A DNA stretch of 64,000 nt from Gammaproteobacteria bacterium. GTDB lineage: Bacteria; Pseudomonadota; Gammaproteobacteria; UBA4575. The stretch spans positions 594,236-658,235 of the forward strand of contig OZ245760.1 of assembly GCA_965227695.1 (NCBI GenBank). The letters are read 5' to 3'. Each line of letters begins with the position of its first letter. The first letter of the stretch is position 1. Both the position numbers and the translations under genes were made by a program. Positions 1-9,933 of this stretch are shown here, piece after piece. Below the pieces are notes generated by a model. It did no database searches and had not been told where the DNA came from. It saw only the letters and a program-made list of their open reading frames with translations.

Positions 1-135
1 GCGAATATTGAGGGAGATCAGGTGACAGTAGACGCCAATCATCCTCTGGCAGGTGTGACACTGAATTTTGATGTAAAAATTGTCGGTGTGAGAGAGGCCA
101 CTCAGGAAGAATTATCGCATGGGCATGCACATTAA
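1..135 (+). CDS. FKBP-type peptidyl-prolyl cis-trans isomerase, C-terminal fragment (SlyD/FkpB-like); 5' end lies outside the window
   Basis: Open frame from base 1 translates to ANIEGDQVTVDANHPLAGVTLNFDVKIVGVREATQEELSHGHAH, with stop TAA at 133-135. The HPLAG...REAT.EEL.HGH pattern resembles SlyD/FkpB C-termini. Confidence 0.55.
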   Translation, partial: ANIEGDQVTVDANHPLAGVTLNFDVKIVGVREATQEELSHGHAH

Positions 136-219
136 AAAATATAGCGGTGTGACTGTGTTGTGACTCCCGGGCGGGAGTTTAGAATAAGGTCATTTGACCT
201 GTGTGCCCGGGTTGCACCG

Positions 220-2019
220 CTAACCAGAAATTGATTTACAGTCTTCAATTTGCTTTTTTACTCTTTTATTTTTATTCGGTTTTCTGGCCTGGTTGCGCAC
301 ACCTGATGTGCATGCCTGCTTTGGTCTGTCTGATTTTTTGAGGCGATTATTTTTCCAAAGCGAAATCCTCAGTTGTTGGCCTGACACACGAGTTTTCTGT
401 AATTCTTTGTAAATCTCCTTTGGCATTCCCACTGGCAGGTCCACCAGGCTAAATTCATTAAATATACTGATTTGACCAATGTGCTGACTCTCCAGCCCGG
501 ATTCATTTGCTATCGCACCTACTATATGGCCTGGTTTGACATTGTGATTATGACCGACCTCAATGCGGTAGCGCTGCTGTCCTGGCTGGGGCGACATAAC
601 TTCCCGTTGTGTGCCAGATTGCTTTAGCTGTTGTTTTTCCTTGCTTTTATTTTGTCTGCTTTCCCGGGATTTTGATTTATTTTTATTGTTATCTGGTATC
701 GGGGACAGTAACAATGATTTGTTACCAACTAATAACCTGGCAAGTGCGGCACCAATCTCAATTGGCATCACATTATTATCGCGGTGATATTGCTCGAGTA
801 ATTTGGTATATAGAGCCAGATCCTCACTGGCGATTGTATCAGTAATCCTTTGTTTAAACCTGGCGATGCGGTTACTGTTTATGGTCTCCACTGAAGGCAG
901 TTCCATGCGTTCAATTTTTTTGCGAGTCGCTTTTTCGATCGCGGTCAGTAAGTGCTTTTCGCGTGGTGCTACAAATAAAATTGCATCACCGCTGCGTCCA
1001 GCCCGACCTGTACGACCAATACGATGAACATAGGCTTCGCTATCATAAGGAATATCATAGTTTATGACATGGCTGATTCTTTCAACATCGAGTCCCCGTG
1101 CAGCAACATCAGTCGCGACAAGAATATCGATTTTCCCGTTTTTTAATAGTTCGATAGTGCGTTCACGCTGATTTTGTGCGATATCTCCATTCAATGCTGT
1201 ACACGAATATCCACGCGCGGTGAGTTTTTCGGCCAATTCCACTGTTGCAGTTTTGGTGCGGACAAAGATAAGCATAGCGTCATAATCTTCGCCTTCAAGA
1301 ATTCGTGTGAGAGCATCCAGTTTATTCAATCCGTTAACCTGCCAGTATCTTTGGCGTATTGTTTCCGCCGTTGTGGTTTTTACCTTGATGGTAATATGTG
1401 CAGGATCATCTAAATGTTTATTGGCGATTTCGCGGATTTGCGTTGGCATTGTTGCTGAAAATAAGGCGATCTGGCGGTTGCCCGGGGTTTTTTCCAATAT
1501 CCATTCCACGTCATCAATAAAACCCATGCGCAGCATTTCATCGGCCTCATCCAGTACCAGCGTAGTAAGATTTTCCAGCGCTAGCGTACCCCGACGCATA
1601 TGATCCATTACCCGCCCGGGGGTTCCGACAATAACGTGAACACCACGCGCGAGTGCACGAATTTGTCCGCGATAATCCTGACCTCCATAAACGGGTAACA
1701 CATGAAAGCCTTTCATGTCAGAAGCATATTTTTGAAAAGCCTGTGCAACCTGTATTGCTAATTCACGTGTTGGAGTAAGTACGAGCACTTGCGGCTGCTT
1801 TTGGTCAAGCCTGAGGCTGGATAATACAGGTAATGCAAAAGCCGCTGTTTTACCGGTACCTGTTTGTGCCTCGCCGAGAACATCCTTGCCGGACATTAGC
1901 AATGGGATGGTACGCGCCTGAATAGGCGAGGGCGTCTCGTAGCCTGCCTGGCATAATGCCTTAATGACAGACTTGCTCAAACCGAGTTGATTAAACTGGG
2001 GAGGTGTTTCATGGCTCAT
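220..2019 (-). CDS. deaD: DEAD-box ATP-dependent RNA helicase DeaD/CsdA
   Basis: 599 aa. Contains Q-motif, Walker A AQTGTGKT, DEAD box VLDEADEM, SAT motif, HRIGRTGR, and a C-terminal DbpA-like RNA-binding domain with a basic Lys/Arg tail. Confidence 0.9.
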   Translation of the reverse strand: MSHETPPQFNQLGLSKSVIKALCQAGYETPSPIQARTIPLLMSGKDVLGEAQTGTGKTAAFALPVLSSLRLDQKQPQVLVLTPTRELAIQVAQAFQKYASDMKGFHVLPVYGGQDYRGQIRALARGVHVIVGTPGRVMDHMRRGTLALENLTTLVLDEADEMLRMGFIDDVEWILEKTPGNRQIALFSATMPTQIREIANKHLDDPAHITIKVKTTTAETIRQRYWQVNGLNKLDALTRILEGEDYDAMLIFVRTKTATVELAEKLTARGYSCTALNGDIAQNQRERTIELLKNGKIDILVATDVAARGLDVERISHVINYDIPYDSEAYVHRIGRTGRAGRSGDAILFVAPREKHLLTAIEKATRKKIERMELPSVETINSNRIARFKQRITDTIASEDLALYTKLLEQYHRDNNVMPIEIGAALARLLVGNKSLLLSPIPDNNKNKSKSRESRQNKSKEKQQLKQSGTQREVMSPQPGQQRYRIEVGHNHNVKPGHIVGAIANESGLESQHIGQISIFNEFSLVDLPVGMPKEIYKELQKTRVSGQQLRISLWKNNRLKKSDRPKQACTSGVRNQARKPNKNKRVKKQIEDCKSISG

Positions 2020-2193
2020 AATTGATACCTTTTAAAAAGTGATTGCACGAAACACGATGGACTAATGTAAAAGTATATAATCAAAAGGTTCATGTATGCT
2101 GATTATGCTCCGGGCTCTGCTGGCACCAGAATGGCTGCGTAGTTTAACTGTTTACCTGGCCAAGGACATCAACCATTTGGGAGGGTATGGCAG

Positions 2194-2667
2194 TCACAAT
2201 AGTAATTCGGGGGTGATTGTATAAAAAGAGGTTGCTTTGCTGATCAGAGAGTTTGCGGTCAGTCCTGCCACGCCATAGATGCATGTTTCGACTTTATATT
2301 TGGTCATGATATGTGTAAGAAGCACATCAAAGTCTCCATCGCCCGAAATCAGGACAATTTTATCGACGTAGGCAGATTGCTCCAGAACATCAATGGTAAT
2401 TCCTACATCCCAATCCCCCTTTGCTGAACCATCACTACGCTGTATAAATGGTTTCAGTTTCACACTGAATCCGATTTGTCGAAGGGCAGTCTGAAATTGC
2501 TTTTGTTTTTCATCATCACGGTCAATAGCATAAGCATATGCACATACGATATTGCCCTGTGCAGAAATTTTTTGCCATAATGCCCGATAATCCAGGTGAC
2601 GTTGAAATACTTCACGGGTAGTGTAGTAGATATTCTGGACATCCGCGAAAACTGCGATTGATTTCAC
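2194..2667 (-). CDS. NYN/LabA-like (PIN-fold) domain protein, putative RNase
   Basis: 157 aa. The IAVFADVQNIYY ... ISGDGDF pattern is typical of NYN/LabA-like proteins. Sits 3 bp downstream of purC on the same strand. Confidence 0.65.
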   Translation of the reverse strand: MKSIAVFADVQNIYYTTREVFQRHLDYRALWQKISAQGNIVCAYAYAIDRDDEKQKQFQTALRQIGFSVKLKPFIQRSDGSAKGDWDVGITIDVLEQSAYVDKIVLISGDGDFDVLLTHIMTKYKVETCIYGVAGLTANSLISKATSFYTITPELLL

Positions 2668-2669
2668 GT

Positions 2670-3560
2670 TTATTGCTCGGAGAGTAATCTGTCAGCGGCT
2701 TCCTGATATTTGCGTTGTGTGTTGATAATTATTTCGTCGGGAAGATCTGGCCCGGGGGCTTGTTTGTTCCAGTCCAGTGTTTCCAGGTAATCACGGATAT
2801 ATTGCTTATCAAAACTGCCAGGATTTTTCCCGGGAGTGTATTCATCTGCCGGCCAAAAACGTGATGAATCCGGGGTGAGTACTTCATCAATCAATGTCAG
2901 TGTGCCATCGGCATCCAGCCCAAACTCAAATTTTGTATCTGCAATAATAATTCCTTTGCTGATAGCATAGTGTGCGGCATTCTCATATAACTGGATGCTA
3001 ATATCCCTGATATTTGTAGCAATCTCTTTGCCTACCAGACTGATGGCAGCCGAGAATGAAATATTTTCATCGTGATCACCTGCCATGGCCTTGGTCGATG
3101 GCGTAAACAGGGTATCTGGCAGTTTGCCGGCAAGAGGGATATCCGCGGGGAGATGAATTCCACAGGCTGTTTGTTGCGACTGGTATTCTTTCCATGCGGA
3201 ACCGATCAGGTAGCCGCGTACAATGGCCTCAATGGGTAATGCGTTGAGACGCTTTACAATCACGCAACGCCCGGTGGCCTGCTCTTTTTCTTGTTCTGTG
3301 AGATCAAGATCATCCAGTGAAAGTGTGCTGACCTGGTTCGGGATTAAATCGGCAAAACGCTCAAACCAAAAATTTGAAACGCGTGTTAGCAAAGCCCCTT
3401 TGCCGGGGATCGGGTTTGGCAGGACGACATCAAATGCAGAAATGCGGTCCGTGGCAATGACCAGCATATGGCTATCATCGATCTCATAGATATCCCGAAC
3501 CTTGCCCCTGTGCAGGAGCTGTAGAGATGTAAACTGGGTTTCAAACACTGTGTTTGACAT
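2670..3560 (-). CDS. purC: phosphoribosylaminoimidazole-succinocarboxamide synthase (SAICAR synthetase, long form)
   Basis: Contains GKVRDIY...LVIATDRISAFDV, the PurC signature. The ORF track extends to 3641, but an internal ATG at 3560 (MSNTVFETQ...) fits PurC N-termini better. Start uncertain. Confidence 0.8.
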   Translation of the reverse strand: MSNTVFETQFTSLQLLHRGKVRDIYEIDDSHMLVIATDRISAFDVVLPNPIPGKGALLTRVSNFWFERFADLIPNQVSTLSLDDLDLTEQEKEQATGRCVIVKRLNALPIEAIVRGYLIGSAWKEYQSQQTACGIHLPADIPLAGKLPDTLFTPSTKAMAGDHDENISFSAAISLVGKEIATNIRDISIQLYENAAHYAISKGIIIADTKFEFGLDADGTLTLIDEVLTPDSSRFWPADEYTPGKNPGSFDKQYIRDYLETLDWNKQAPGPDLPDEIIINTQRKYQEAADRLLSEQ

Positions 3561-3700
3561 AAATCGGCCCTGAAAAATGGCCGATTGTAGAGTGATTAAG
3601 GGTGATTGCCTACACCTGCTTAAAGATATGGTGACTGGCACTGGCGTTCATGGCTTAAAAATAGCAAAATGTCCGTTTTTTCTCAGTGAATGCATAATCA

Positions 3701-4186
3701 ATGGCCAAAGTCGGAATCATAATGGGCAGTGACAGTGACTGGAAAGTGATGGAACATGCTGCCAACGTACTCAGCGAATTTGATGTCGAGCATGAATGCC
3801 ACGTAGTATCGGCTCATCGTACACCGGATTATCTGTATGAATATGCCGCGCATGCCAGGCAACGTGGCCTGACTTGTATCATCGCCGGTGCGGGTGGTGC
3901 CGCCCATTTGCCTGGTATGGTCGCGGCGATCAGTACGGTGCCGGTGCTGGGTGTTCCCGTGCAAGGTAAGTATATGCAGGGACAGGATTCCCTGCTGTCA
4001 ATCGTGCAAATGCCTAAAGGTATTCCCGTGGCAACATTTGCGATAGGAGAGCCCGGGGCTGCCAATGCGGCATTATTCGCGGTAGCAATGCTGGCGATCA
4101 ATAATGACAAACTAGCCCGGCAGCTAACGTCTTTTAGAGAAAACCAGCGCGATCAGGTACTGGCCAAAGTTTTACCGCCAAGGTGA
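3701..4186 (+). CDS. purE: N5-carboxyaminoimidazole ribonucleotide mutase
   Basis: 161 aa. KVGIIMGSDSDW...SAHRTP...AGGAAHLPGMVAA is the classic PurE motif set. Confidence 0.9.
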   Translation: MAKVGIIMGSDSDWKVMEHAANVLSEFDVEHECHVVSAHRTPDYLYEYAAHARQRGLTCIIAGAGGAAHLPGMVAAISTVPVLGVPVQGKYMQGQDSLLSIVQMPKGIPVATFAIGEPGAANAALFAVAMLAINNDKLARQLTSFRENQRDQVLAKVLPPR

Positions 4187-4220
4187 CAGCGAATTAACGC
4201 CATCGAGTGAGAATTAAAAG

Positions 4221-5351
4221 ATGATAGAACCTGATTCCATTCTGGGCATGCTGGGTGGCGGCCAATTAGGGAGAATGTTTGCCTTGGCTGCAGCAGATAT
4301 GGGCTATAAAGTTTGGGTATTGGATCCAAATGAGCATAGTCCGGCAGGGGAGGTTTCAGACCGGCATATAATGGCTGCTTATGATGACTGGTCCGCACTT
4401 GATGAGCTTGGTAAAGCCTGCGCAGTGGTTACGACCGAGTTTGAGAATGTCCCCTCCCGCACGCTGAAATTTCTGCAACAATACTGCGAGGTTTGCCCAG
4501 GGCCTCAAGCTGTTCATATTGCACAAAACCGCATTCGCGAAAAAACTTTTGTCAACGAACTTGGTATTCCCACCTCTAAATTTGTTGCGGTGTATGCCGA
4601 GAATGACGTGAATAATACAGAGCACATGAACTGGCCCTGCATCATGAAAACAGCAGAGTTTGGTTATGATGGTAAGGGACAGCAGGTCGTCGCCAGCGTT
4701 GAGGAAGCGAGACAGGCTTACCGCTATCTAGGTCAGGTACCATGCATACTTGAAGAACGTGTAAAGCTGCAATATGAAGTATCTATTGTACTAGGCAGGA
4801 ACCAGCAAGGTGAGGTCTGTTTTTTTCCAGTTTCGCGTAATACACATAAAAATGGAATATTACATATAAGCTCGGTACCTGCGGATTTGTCAGTCGAATT
4901 GCAGACCGAAGCTTGTGAAATTGCCCAGAAAATTGCAGAAAACCTGGATTATGTCGGGATCATGACAGTTGAGTATTTTGTAGATCAGAATCATCAGTTA
5001 ATGGTCAATGAAATTGCTCCTCGAGTACACAATAGCGGTCATTACACCATGGATGCCTGTCATATCTCACAATTTGAACAGCAAGTGCGCATGATTTGTA
5101 ACTGGTCGCCGGCTGACACCCAGAATTTCTGTGCCGTGGCCATGGTCAATATTCTGGGTGATGCCTGGAAAAATGGTAAATTTCCTGCGGCTAGTTTATT
5201 CAATGATGTCAATGTCAAGGTGCATCTTTATGGTAAAAGAGGTGCGAAGGCCGGACGTAAAATGGGCCACTTCACTGTGACAGCAGATAATGTCAACGAC
5301 GCCGTCAATCATGCTAACCGTGCCTATAAAAGGATGATGCAGGGCTCATAA
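4221..5351 (+). CDS. purK: N5-carboxyaminoimidazole ribonucleotide synthetase
   Basis: 376 aa ATP-grasp protein. Starts ILGMLGGGQLGRM, and sits directly downstream of purE as in the canonical purEK operon. Confidence 0.9.
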   Translation: MIEPDSILGMLGGGQLGRMFALAAADMGYKVWVLDPNEHSPAGEVSDRHIMAAYDDWSALDELGKACAVVTTEFENVPSRTLKFLQQYCEVCPGPQAVHIAQNRIREKTFVNELGIPTSKFVAVYAENDVNNTEHMNWPCIMKTAEFGYDGKGQQVVASVEEARQAYRYLGQVPCILEERVKLQYEVSIVLGRNQQGEVCFFPVSRNTHKNGILHISSVPADLSVELQTEACEIAQKIAENLDYVGIMTVEYFVDQNHQLMVNEIAPRVHNSGHYTMDACHISQFEQQVRMICNWSPADTQNFCAVAMVNILGDAWKNGKFPAASLFNDVNVKVHLYGKRGAKAGRKMGHFTVTADNVNDAVNHANRAYKRMMQGS

Positions 5352-5352
5352 A

Positions 5353-6342
5353 ATGCAGCAGCCATTTAAAGTCTTTCGCATTCATGCCGGTAAAGAATTT
5401 GAGCGCGCCGGTATAGAAACCATGACAATTGATGGTCTGTCGCCTGGCGATGTGGTTATTAAAGTTGAGTATTCCAGTGTCAATTATAAAGATGCACTTG
5501 CAGGCACGGGTACCGGTAAAATTTTGCGCAAATCACCGCTGAATGGGGGAATTGATCTGGCAGGCACCATTGTTTCATCTGAAAGTAAAAAATTCAGTGC
5601 CGGTCAGGAAGTGCTTGTCAATGGTTGCGGGCTCAGTGAAGTACATGATGGAGGCTACAGCCACTATGCAAGAGTCCCGTCTGACTGGGTTATACCTATA
5701 CCTGCAAGGTTGACGACACGCACGTCGATGATTATTGGAACTGCGGGATTCACAGCGGCGCTAGCCATACAGCGGATGCAGGATAATCACCAGTTACCAG
5801 ACAATGGACCCATACTGGTCACGGGTGCCACCGGTGGCGTAGGCAGCTTTTCTGTGCAATTGCTCAGTCAACTGGGTTACCACGTTGTGGCGATGACGCG
5901 TAAGCCACAACAACATGATTTTTTAACTGCACTTGGGGCAAAACAGATCATCTCACCCGGTGAAATTGAGATTGATTCACGTAGCCTGCACAAAGGATGC
6001 TGGGGTGGAGCTATCGATAATCTGGGTGGTGATACGCTGGCATGGCTGACTAAAACGGTGAAGCCATGGGGGAATATTGTGAGTGTCGGAATGGCCGCAG
6101 GTGTAAAAATCGAAACCACTGCAATGCCGTTTATTTTGCGCGGGGTGAGTGTGCTTGGGGTAAGTTCTGCATCATGTCCACAGGTGTTACGCGCAGCTCT
6201 ATGGGGTAAGTTGGGTGATGAATTACTGCCCGGGAACCTGGAAAACATATGCACCGCTGAAGTTGGCCTTGAGACGTTAACTGATGCCTTCAAGAATCTT
6301 TTGCATGGGAATGTGCATGGACGGCAGATTGTGCGTTTATAG
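5353..6342 (+). CDS. YhdH/AcuI-family NADPH-dependent quinone oxidoreductase / acrylyl-CoA reductase (MDR superfamily)
   Basis: 329 aa and aligns along its full length with E. coli YhdH. Shared motifs are VEYSSVNYKDALA, VTGATGGVGS and TTAMPFILRGV. Confidence 0.75.
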   Translation: MQQPFKVFRIHAGKEFERAGIETMTIDGLSPGDVVIKVEYSSVNYKDALAGTGTGKILRKSPLNGGIDLAGTIVSSESKKFSAGQEVLVNGCGLSEVHDGGYSHYARVPSDWVIPIPARLTTRTSMIIGTAGFTAALAIQRMQDNHQLPDNGPILVTGATGGVGSFSVQLLSQLGYHVVAMTRKPQQHDFLTALGAKQIISPGEIEIDSRSLHKGCWGGAIDNLGGDTLAWLTKTVKPWGNIVSVGMAAGVKIETTAMPFILRGVSVLGVSSASCPQVLRAALWGKLGDELLPGNLENICTAEVGLETLTDAFKNLLHGNVHGRQIVRL

Positions 6343-6362
6343 ACTAAATTGGCAGCTACGTA

Positions 6363-7601
6363 CTATCCGTGAGCAAAGAATCGGTATGAGATTAAAATCG
6401 CAGCACTAATTCCGGCAAAATCGGCTAGTAATCCACAAGTCATGGCATATCGTATTTTGGTAATACCTACGGCACCGCAATAGACTGCCAGCACATAAAA
6501 AGTCGTTTCCGTGCTGCCTTGCATGACAGCAGCGACTTTTGCTGCAAAAGAATCCACGCCATGGGTTTGCATGACTTCCAGCATTGCAGCCCGTGCACCG
6601 CTGCCACTGAAAGGCTTCATAATTGCCGTGGGTAATGCTTCAATGAAAGCATTATCGATATTGAAAGTTTGTAATGCGCGACTGACCAGCTCCAGAATCA
6701 CATTAAGTATGCCACTTACTCTAAGTAGTGCGATAGCCAGCAACATGGCAATCAGGTAGGGAATCAGTTTAATTGCAGTGCCAAATCCCTGCTTGGCACC
6801 GACAATAAAAGCTTCATATACATTTATTTTTTTTATCCAGCCGCACACCAGGAATAAGGTAATTGTGGCAAACAGAATAAAGTTGGCAAATAACTGGGCC
6901 TGGTTGCTCATCTGGTCGCTGGGTAACGATAAAAAATACCATGCAAGTACAATCGGGATTGCGCTTAATACAAGCAGATAAGTCAGGACAGTCTTATTGA
7001 ACAGAGGAAGTTTTTGTACGTAGGAAACAGCAAGCAAACCTGTCATGGTTGAGGTAAATGTCGCGAGCAGGATGGGTACAAATACTTCTGTTGGGTGTGC
7101 GGCACCTTGTTGCGCCCGAAATAAAAAAACAGTCACGGGCAATACTGTGACAGAAGAAGTGTTTAATACTAAAAATAGTATTTGTGCGTTGGATAGAACT
7201 GATTTCTGTCTGTTGAGTTTTTGTAAATCATACATCGCTTTTATACCAAAAGGCGTGGCTGCATTATCGAGCCCGAGCGCATTTGCACCCATGTTCATGG
7301 TCATGGAAGTGATGGCCGGGTGATTTCGGGGGACCTCTGGCATGAGCTTGCGGAATAAAGGCGCCAGTATGCGTGCAATAAAATCAGCCAGGCCTGCGCG
7401 TTCGGCAATTTTAAAAAAACCCAGCCAAACCGCCATTAGCCCAATCAGACCCAGCGATATTTCAACGCCGAGTTTTGCAGTCTCGAACAATGCTTCGATG
7501 GCTTGAGTGAAAATCTGCTGATGGCCAAAAACGGATAACTGAATAAAGCAGGCAACAAACGAAAATACAATACAACCGGACCAAAACCAGCCAAGCATCA
7601 C
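6363..7601 (-). CDS. nucleoside-recognition (Gate) domain membrane protein, fused SpmA/SpmB-like
   Basis: 412 aa polytopic membrane protein. The N-terminal segment ...GLIGLMAVWLGFFKIAERAGL...MNMGANALGLDNAATPFG is typical of the nucleoside transporter/FeoB gate family. Confidence 0.55.
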   Translation of the reverse strand: MMLGWFWSGCIVFSFVACFIQLSVFGHQQIFTQAIEALFETAKLGVEISLGLIGLMAVWLGFFKIAERAGLADFIARILAPLFRKLMPEVPRNHPAITSMTMNMGANALGLDNAATPFGIKAMYDLQKLNRQKSVLSNAQILFLVLNTSSVTVLPVTVFLFRAQQGAAHPTEVFVPILLATFTSTMTGLLAVSYVQKLPLFNKTVLTYLLVLSAIPIVLAWYFLSLPSDQMSNQAQLFANFILFATITLFLVCGWIKKINVYEAFIVGAKQGFGTAIKLIPYLIAMLLAIALLRVSGILNVILELVSRALQTFNIDNAFIEALPTAIMKPFSGSGARAAMLEVMQTHGVDSFAAKVAAVMQGSTETTFYVLAVYCGAVGITKIRYAMTCGLLADFAGISAAILISYRFFAHG

Positions 7602-7604
7602 TGA

Positions 7605-7922
7605 TTATCTGAAAATTGCCAGAAAGTAAGGCAACCAGCCAAGCAACATAAAGGCGACGACAGCCAGTTCGATCCACATAATGGTTTTAAATTTCTCGCG
7701 CTCCTTGCCGGTACTATCGCTGGCCCGAATCTTGGACATTAATGCGTCAAACAGTATGACCATCATAATGATGGGTGCAGCCGCTGGTGCAACCAGGGTA
7801 GTGATCACTTCCGCTCCTTGCTTGGCAGCATAGGTTCCCGGAGCAGGTGCAATTAATGTATCCAATACACCTAGTAGCAATAATGAAATTCGCAAGAAAC
7901 CCAATGATTGGATGATAGCCAT
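7605..7922 (-). CDS. hypothetical small membrane protein (3 predicted TM segments)
   Basis: 105 aa hydrophobic ORF immediately upstream (4 bp) of the SpmAB-like gene on the same strand. No family recognised. Confidence 0.4.
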   Translation of the reverse strand: MAIIQSLGFLRISLLLLGVLDTLIAPAPGTYAAKQGAEVITTLVAPAAAPIIMMVILFDALMSKIRASDSTGKEREKFKTIMWIELAVVAFMLLGWLPYFLAIFR

Positions 7923-8108
7923 AGTATAGTATGTTCACTGTTAAAGGTTGCATTGTACCAGAGCGACAGGCAGAACTTGATCATATAAATCATCAGGATA
8001 TTATGACCTGCATCATGCAAACTGACCAAAGCATTTGTGAAATTGTTAGTTAAATGTACAATGCATACGCCTTTGCTGGAATTATTATATTTACAGGAGT
8101 TTTAAGTT

Positions 8109-8417
8109 ATGAAATCAATTTTATTAGGGTTTGCTGTCAGTATGATGTTCGTATCGGGGATGGCTCATGCGGGTGATATTGAAGCTGGTAAAGCGAAATC
8201 TGCAACATGTGTGGCATGTCATGGCAGCGCGGGCATTAGCCCCACCCCTGTGTGGCCGGACCTTGCGGGTCAAAAAGAGCAATACCTTTTGGCGCAGCTA
8301 AAAGCATTTAAAGACGGGACACGTCAAAACGCTCAAATGGCCCCAATGGTTGCCAATCTCAGCGATGAGGATATGGCAAACCTGGCTGCTTACTATGCCA
8401 GTCTGCCTTGCCAGTAA
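8109..8417 (+). CDS. class I c-type cytochrome (c551/c552-like), monoheme
   Basis: 102 aa with a signal peptide. Has a single CVACHG heme-binding motif and a distal Met in the QMAPMV segment. A good SD (AGGAG) precedes the ATG. Confidence 0.8.
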   Translation: MKSILLGFAVSMMFVSGMAHAGDIEAGKAKSATCVACHGSAGISPTPVWPDLAGQKEQYLLAQLKAFKDGTRQNAQMAPMVANLSDEDMANLAAYYASLPCQ

Positions 8418-8532
8418 GCGACGGGCGAGAAGAGATGTACCTGGCTGACTTTATGGTCGCCTGAGTTTATTCAGTCGACCATATCTGCCTGCAAACAGGG
8501 TATTATCTGCATATCTATTTAGTCTGGGCTTT

Positions 8533-9015
8533 TTACATGGGCAAGTGTTCAAAACCTGCCGCAGTAATAATTGTGAACAGGCCAATAAGCAGATTTATGC
8601 CGATCAGCTTTCTGATCTGGGCCAGGTTTTTGCCCGCTTCCTGGAAATTTTCCTCGTTTACGGCTCGGCGCAGTCGTTTGAATGGTGCAAAAAAAACATG
8701 CAGGTAAATTAATATCATGATGACACCCAGTGCCTGCATGATATGTACGTACCAGGCGACACCTGCAAATCCATTAAATGCGGAAAAAATCATCCAGTAT
8801 CCGCTGACCGGGAGGATAATCACGGCCAGCCAGACCCAGATGAAAAACCGTGTCAGGGTACGGGACCAAAGGGACAAGCGCACGGCCGGTTCTAATAATT
8901 TTGCTGCGACGGGTCTAAGCGCCATATAGGCAAAGAACATTCCGCCAACCCATACAACAGCTGACAGAACATGCAAAGAAATTGCAATAGAGAAGTAGTA
9001 AGGTTCGATATCCAT
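8533..9015 (-). CDS. conserved 4-TM membrane protein with CopD/HemJ-like His motif (family uncertain)
   Basis: 160 aa. Carries LHVLSAVVWVGGMFF, an H-x-WxGG motif like the CopD/HemJ 4-helix heme-binding family, plus a second His in LHVFF. Convergent with the cytochrome c gene. Confidence 0.45.
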   Translation of the reverse strand: MDIEPYYFSIAISLHVLSAVVWVGGMFFAYMALRPVAAKLLEPAVRLSLWSRTLTRFFIWVWLAVIILPVSGYWMIFSAFNGFAGVAWYVHIMQALGVIMILIYLHVFFAPFKRLRRAVNEENFQEAGKNLAQIRKLIGINLLIGLFTIITAAGFEHLPM

Positions 9016-9160
9016 AATGTCTAATTAAGAGGTTGCTCTTTGTTTTTTGAAAAAACCTATTATAGATCAGAATTGTCCGGCGGATCATCTGAATTGCCGT
9101 TCAACACATGCAAAAGAATCAAGTCTGCGTTATCGTTAGTGCTTTTTAGCGGTAATCATC

Positions 9161-9832
9161 ATGGATAACTGGATCGCACCCTCAATACTTTCTGCCGACT
9201 TTGCACGATTGGGTGAAGAAGTCAATCATGTTCTTGCTGCCGGTGCCGATATTATTCATTTTGATGTCATGGATAATCATTATGTGCCTAATCTTACCAT
9301 TGGGCCGCTGGTATGTGAGGCATTAAGAAAATACGGCGTAACAGCGCCTATAGATGTTCACTTGATGGTGTCACCGGTGGATCGTTTAATCACCGATTTT
9401 GCAAAAGCTGGCGCTACTTATATTACATTCCATCCTGAAGCGTCTGACCATGTTGATCGCAGTCTGCAGTTGATACGTGACGCTGGCTGTAAAAGTGGTC
9501 TGGTATTTAATCCTGCCACTCCGCTTTATCATTTGAATCATGTTATGGATAAGATAGATATGATTTTGTTAATGTCTGTCAATCCCGGATTTGGCGGTCA
9601 GGGTTTTATTGAATCCAGCATCGATAAGCTCAAGCAGGCGCGCGGGCTTATCGATGCATCCGGGTTGCCTGTTCGTCTTGAAATAGACGGGGGTGTCAAG
9701 GTGGAAAATATCCAGAGAATCAAGGCTGCAGGGGCAGATACTTTTGTTGCAGGTTCTGCGATTTTTAATTCTGAGGATTACCATAAAACGATTGCAGCTA
9801 TGCGGTCCGAGATTGCAAAAGCAAAGACATAA
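9161..9832 (+). CDS. rpe: ribulose-phosphate 3-epimerase
   Basis: 223 aa. [17 protein letters not shown]...[14 protein letters not shown] is a near-canonical Rpe sequence. Confidence 0.9.
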   Translation: MDNWIAPSILSADFARLGEEVNHVLAAGADIIHFDVMDNHYVPNLTIGPLVCEALRKYGVTAPIDVHLMVSPVDRLITDFAKAGATYITFHPEASDHVDRSLQLIRDAGCKSGLVFNPATPLYHLNHVMDKIDMILLMSVNPGFGGQGFIESSIDKLKQARGLIDASGLPVRLEIDGGVKVENIQRIKAAGADTFVAGSAIFNSEDYHKTIAAMRSEIAKAKT

Positions 9833-9933
9833 ATACAGGCTATCTACTTTGCTACTGCAGAATATACAAATACATAATGTTATTGTCAGGCATGCCTGTC
9901 TGCGCATTTCTTCCAGTTGATCACTAATATCAG

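Noticed and set aside
609-1603. Four plus-strand ORFs (78-98 aa) inside the deaD locus
   Set aside because: They lie entirely antisense to a well-supported 599-aa DEAD-box helicase gene, and their low-complexity translations are typical of antisense artefacts.
3561-3641. 27-codon N-terminal extension of purC (MPVTISLSRCRQSPLITLQSAIFQGRF)
   Set aside because: The extension is not PurC-like, and the internal ATG aligns with PurC N-termini. Kept only as a start-site uncertainty.
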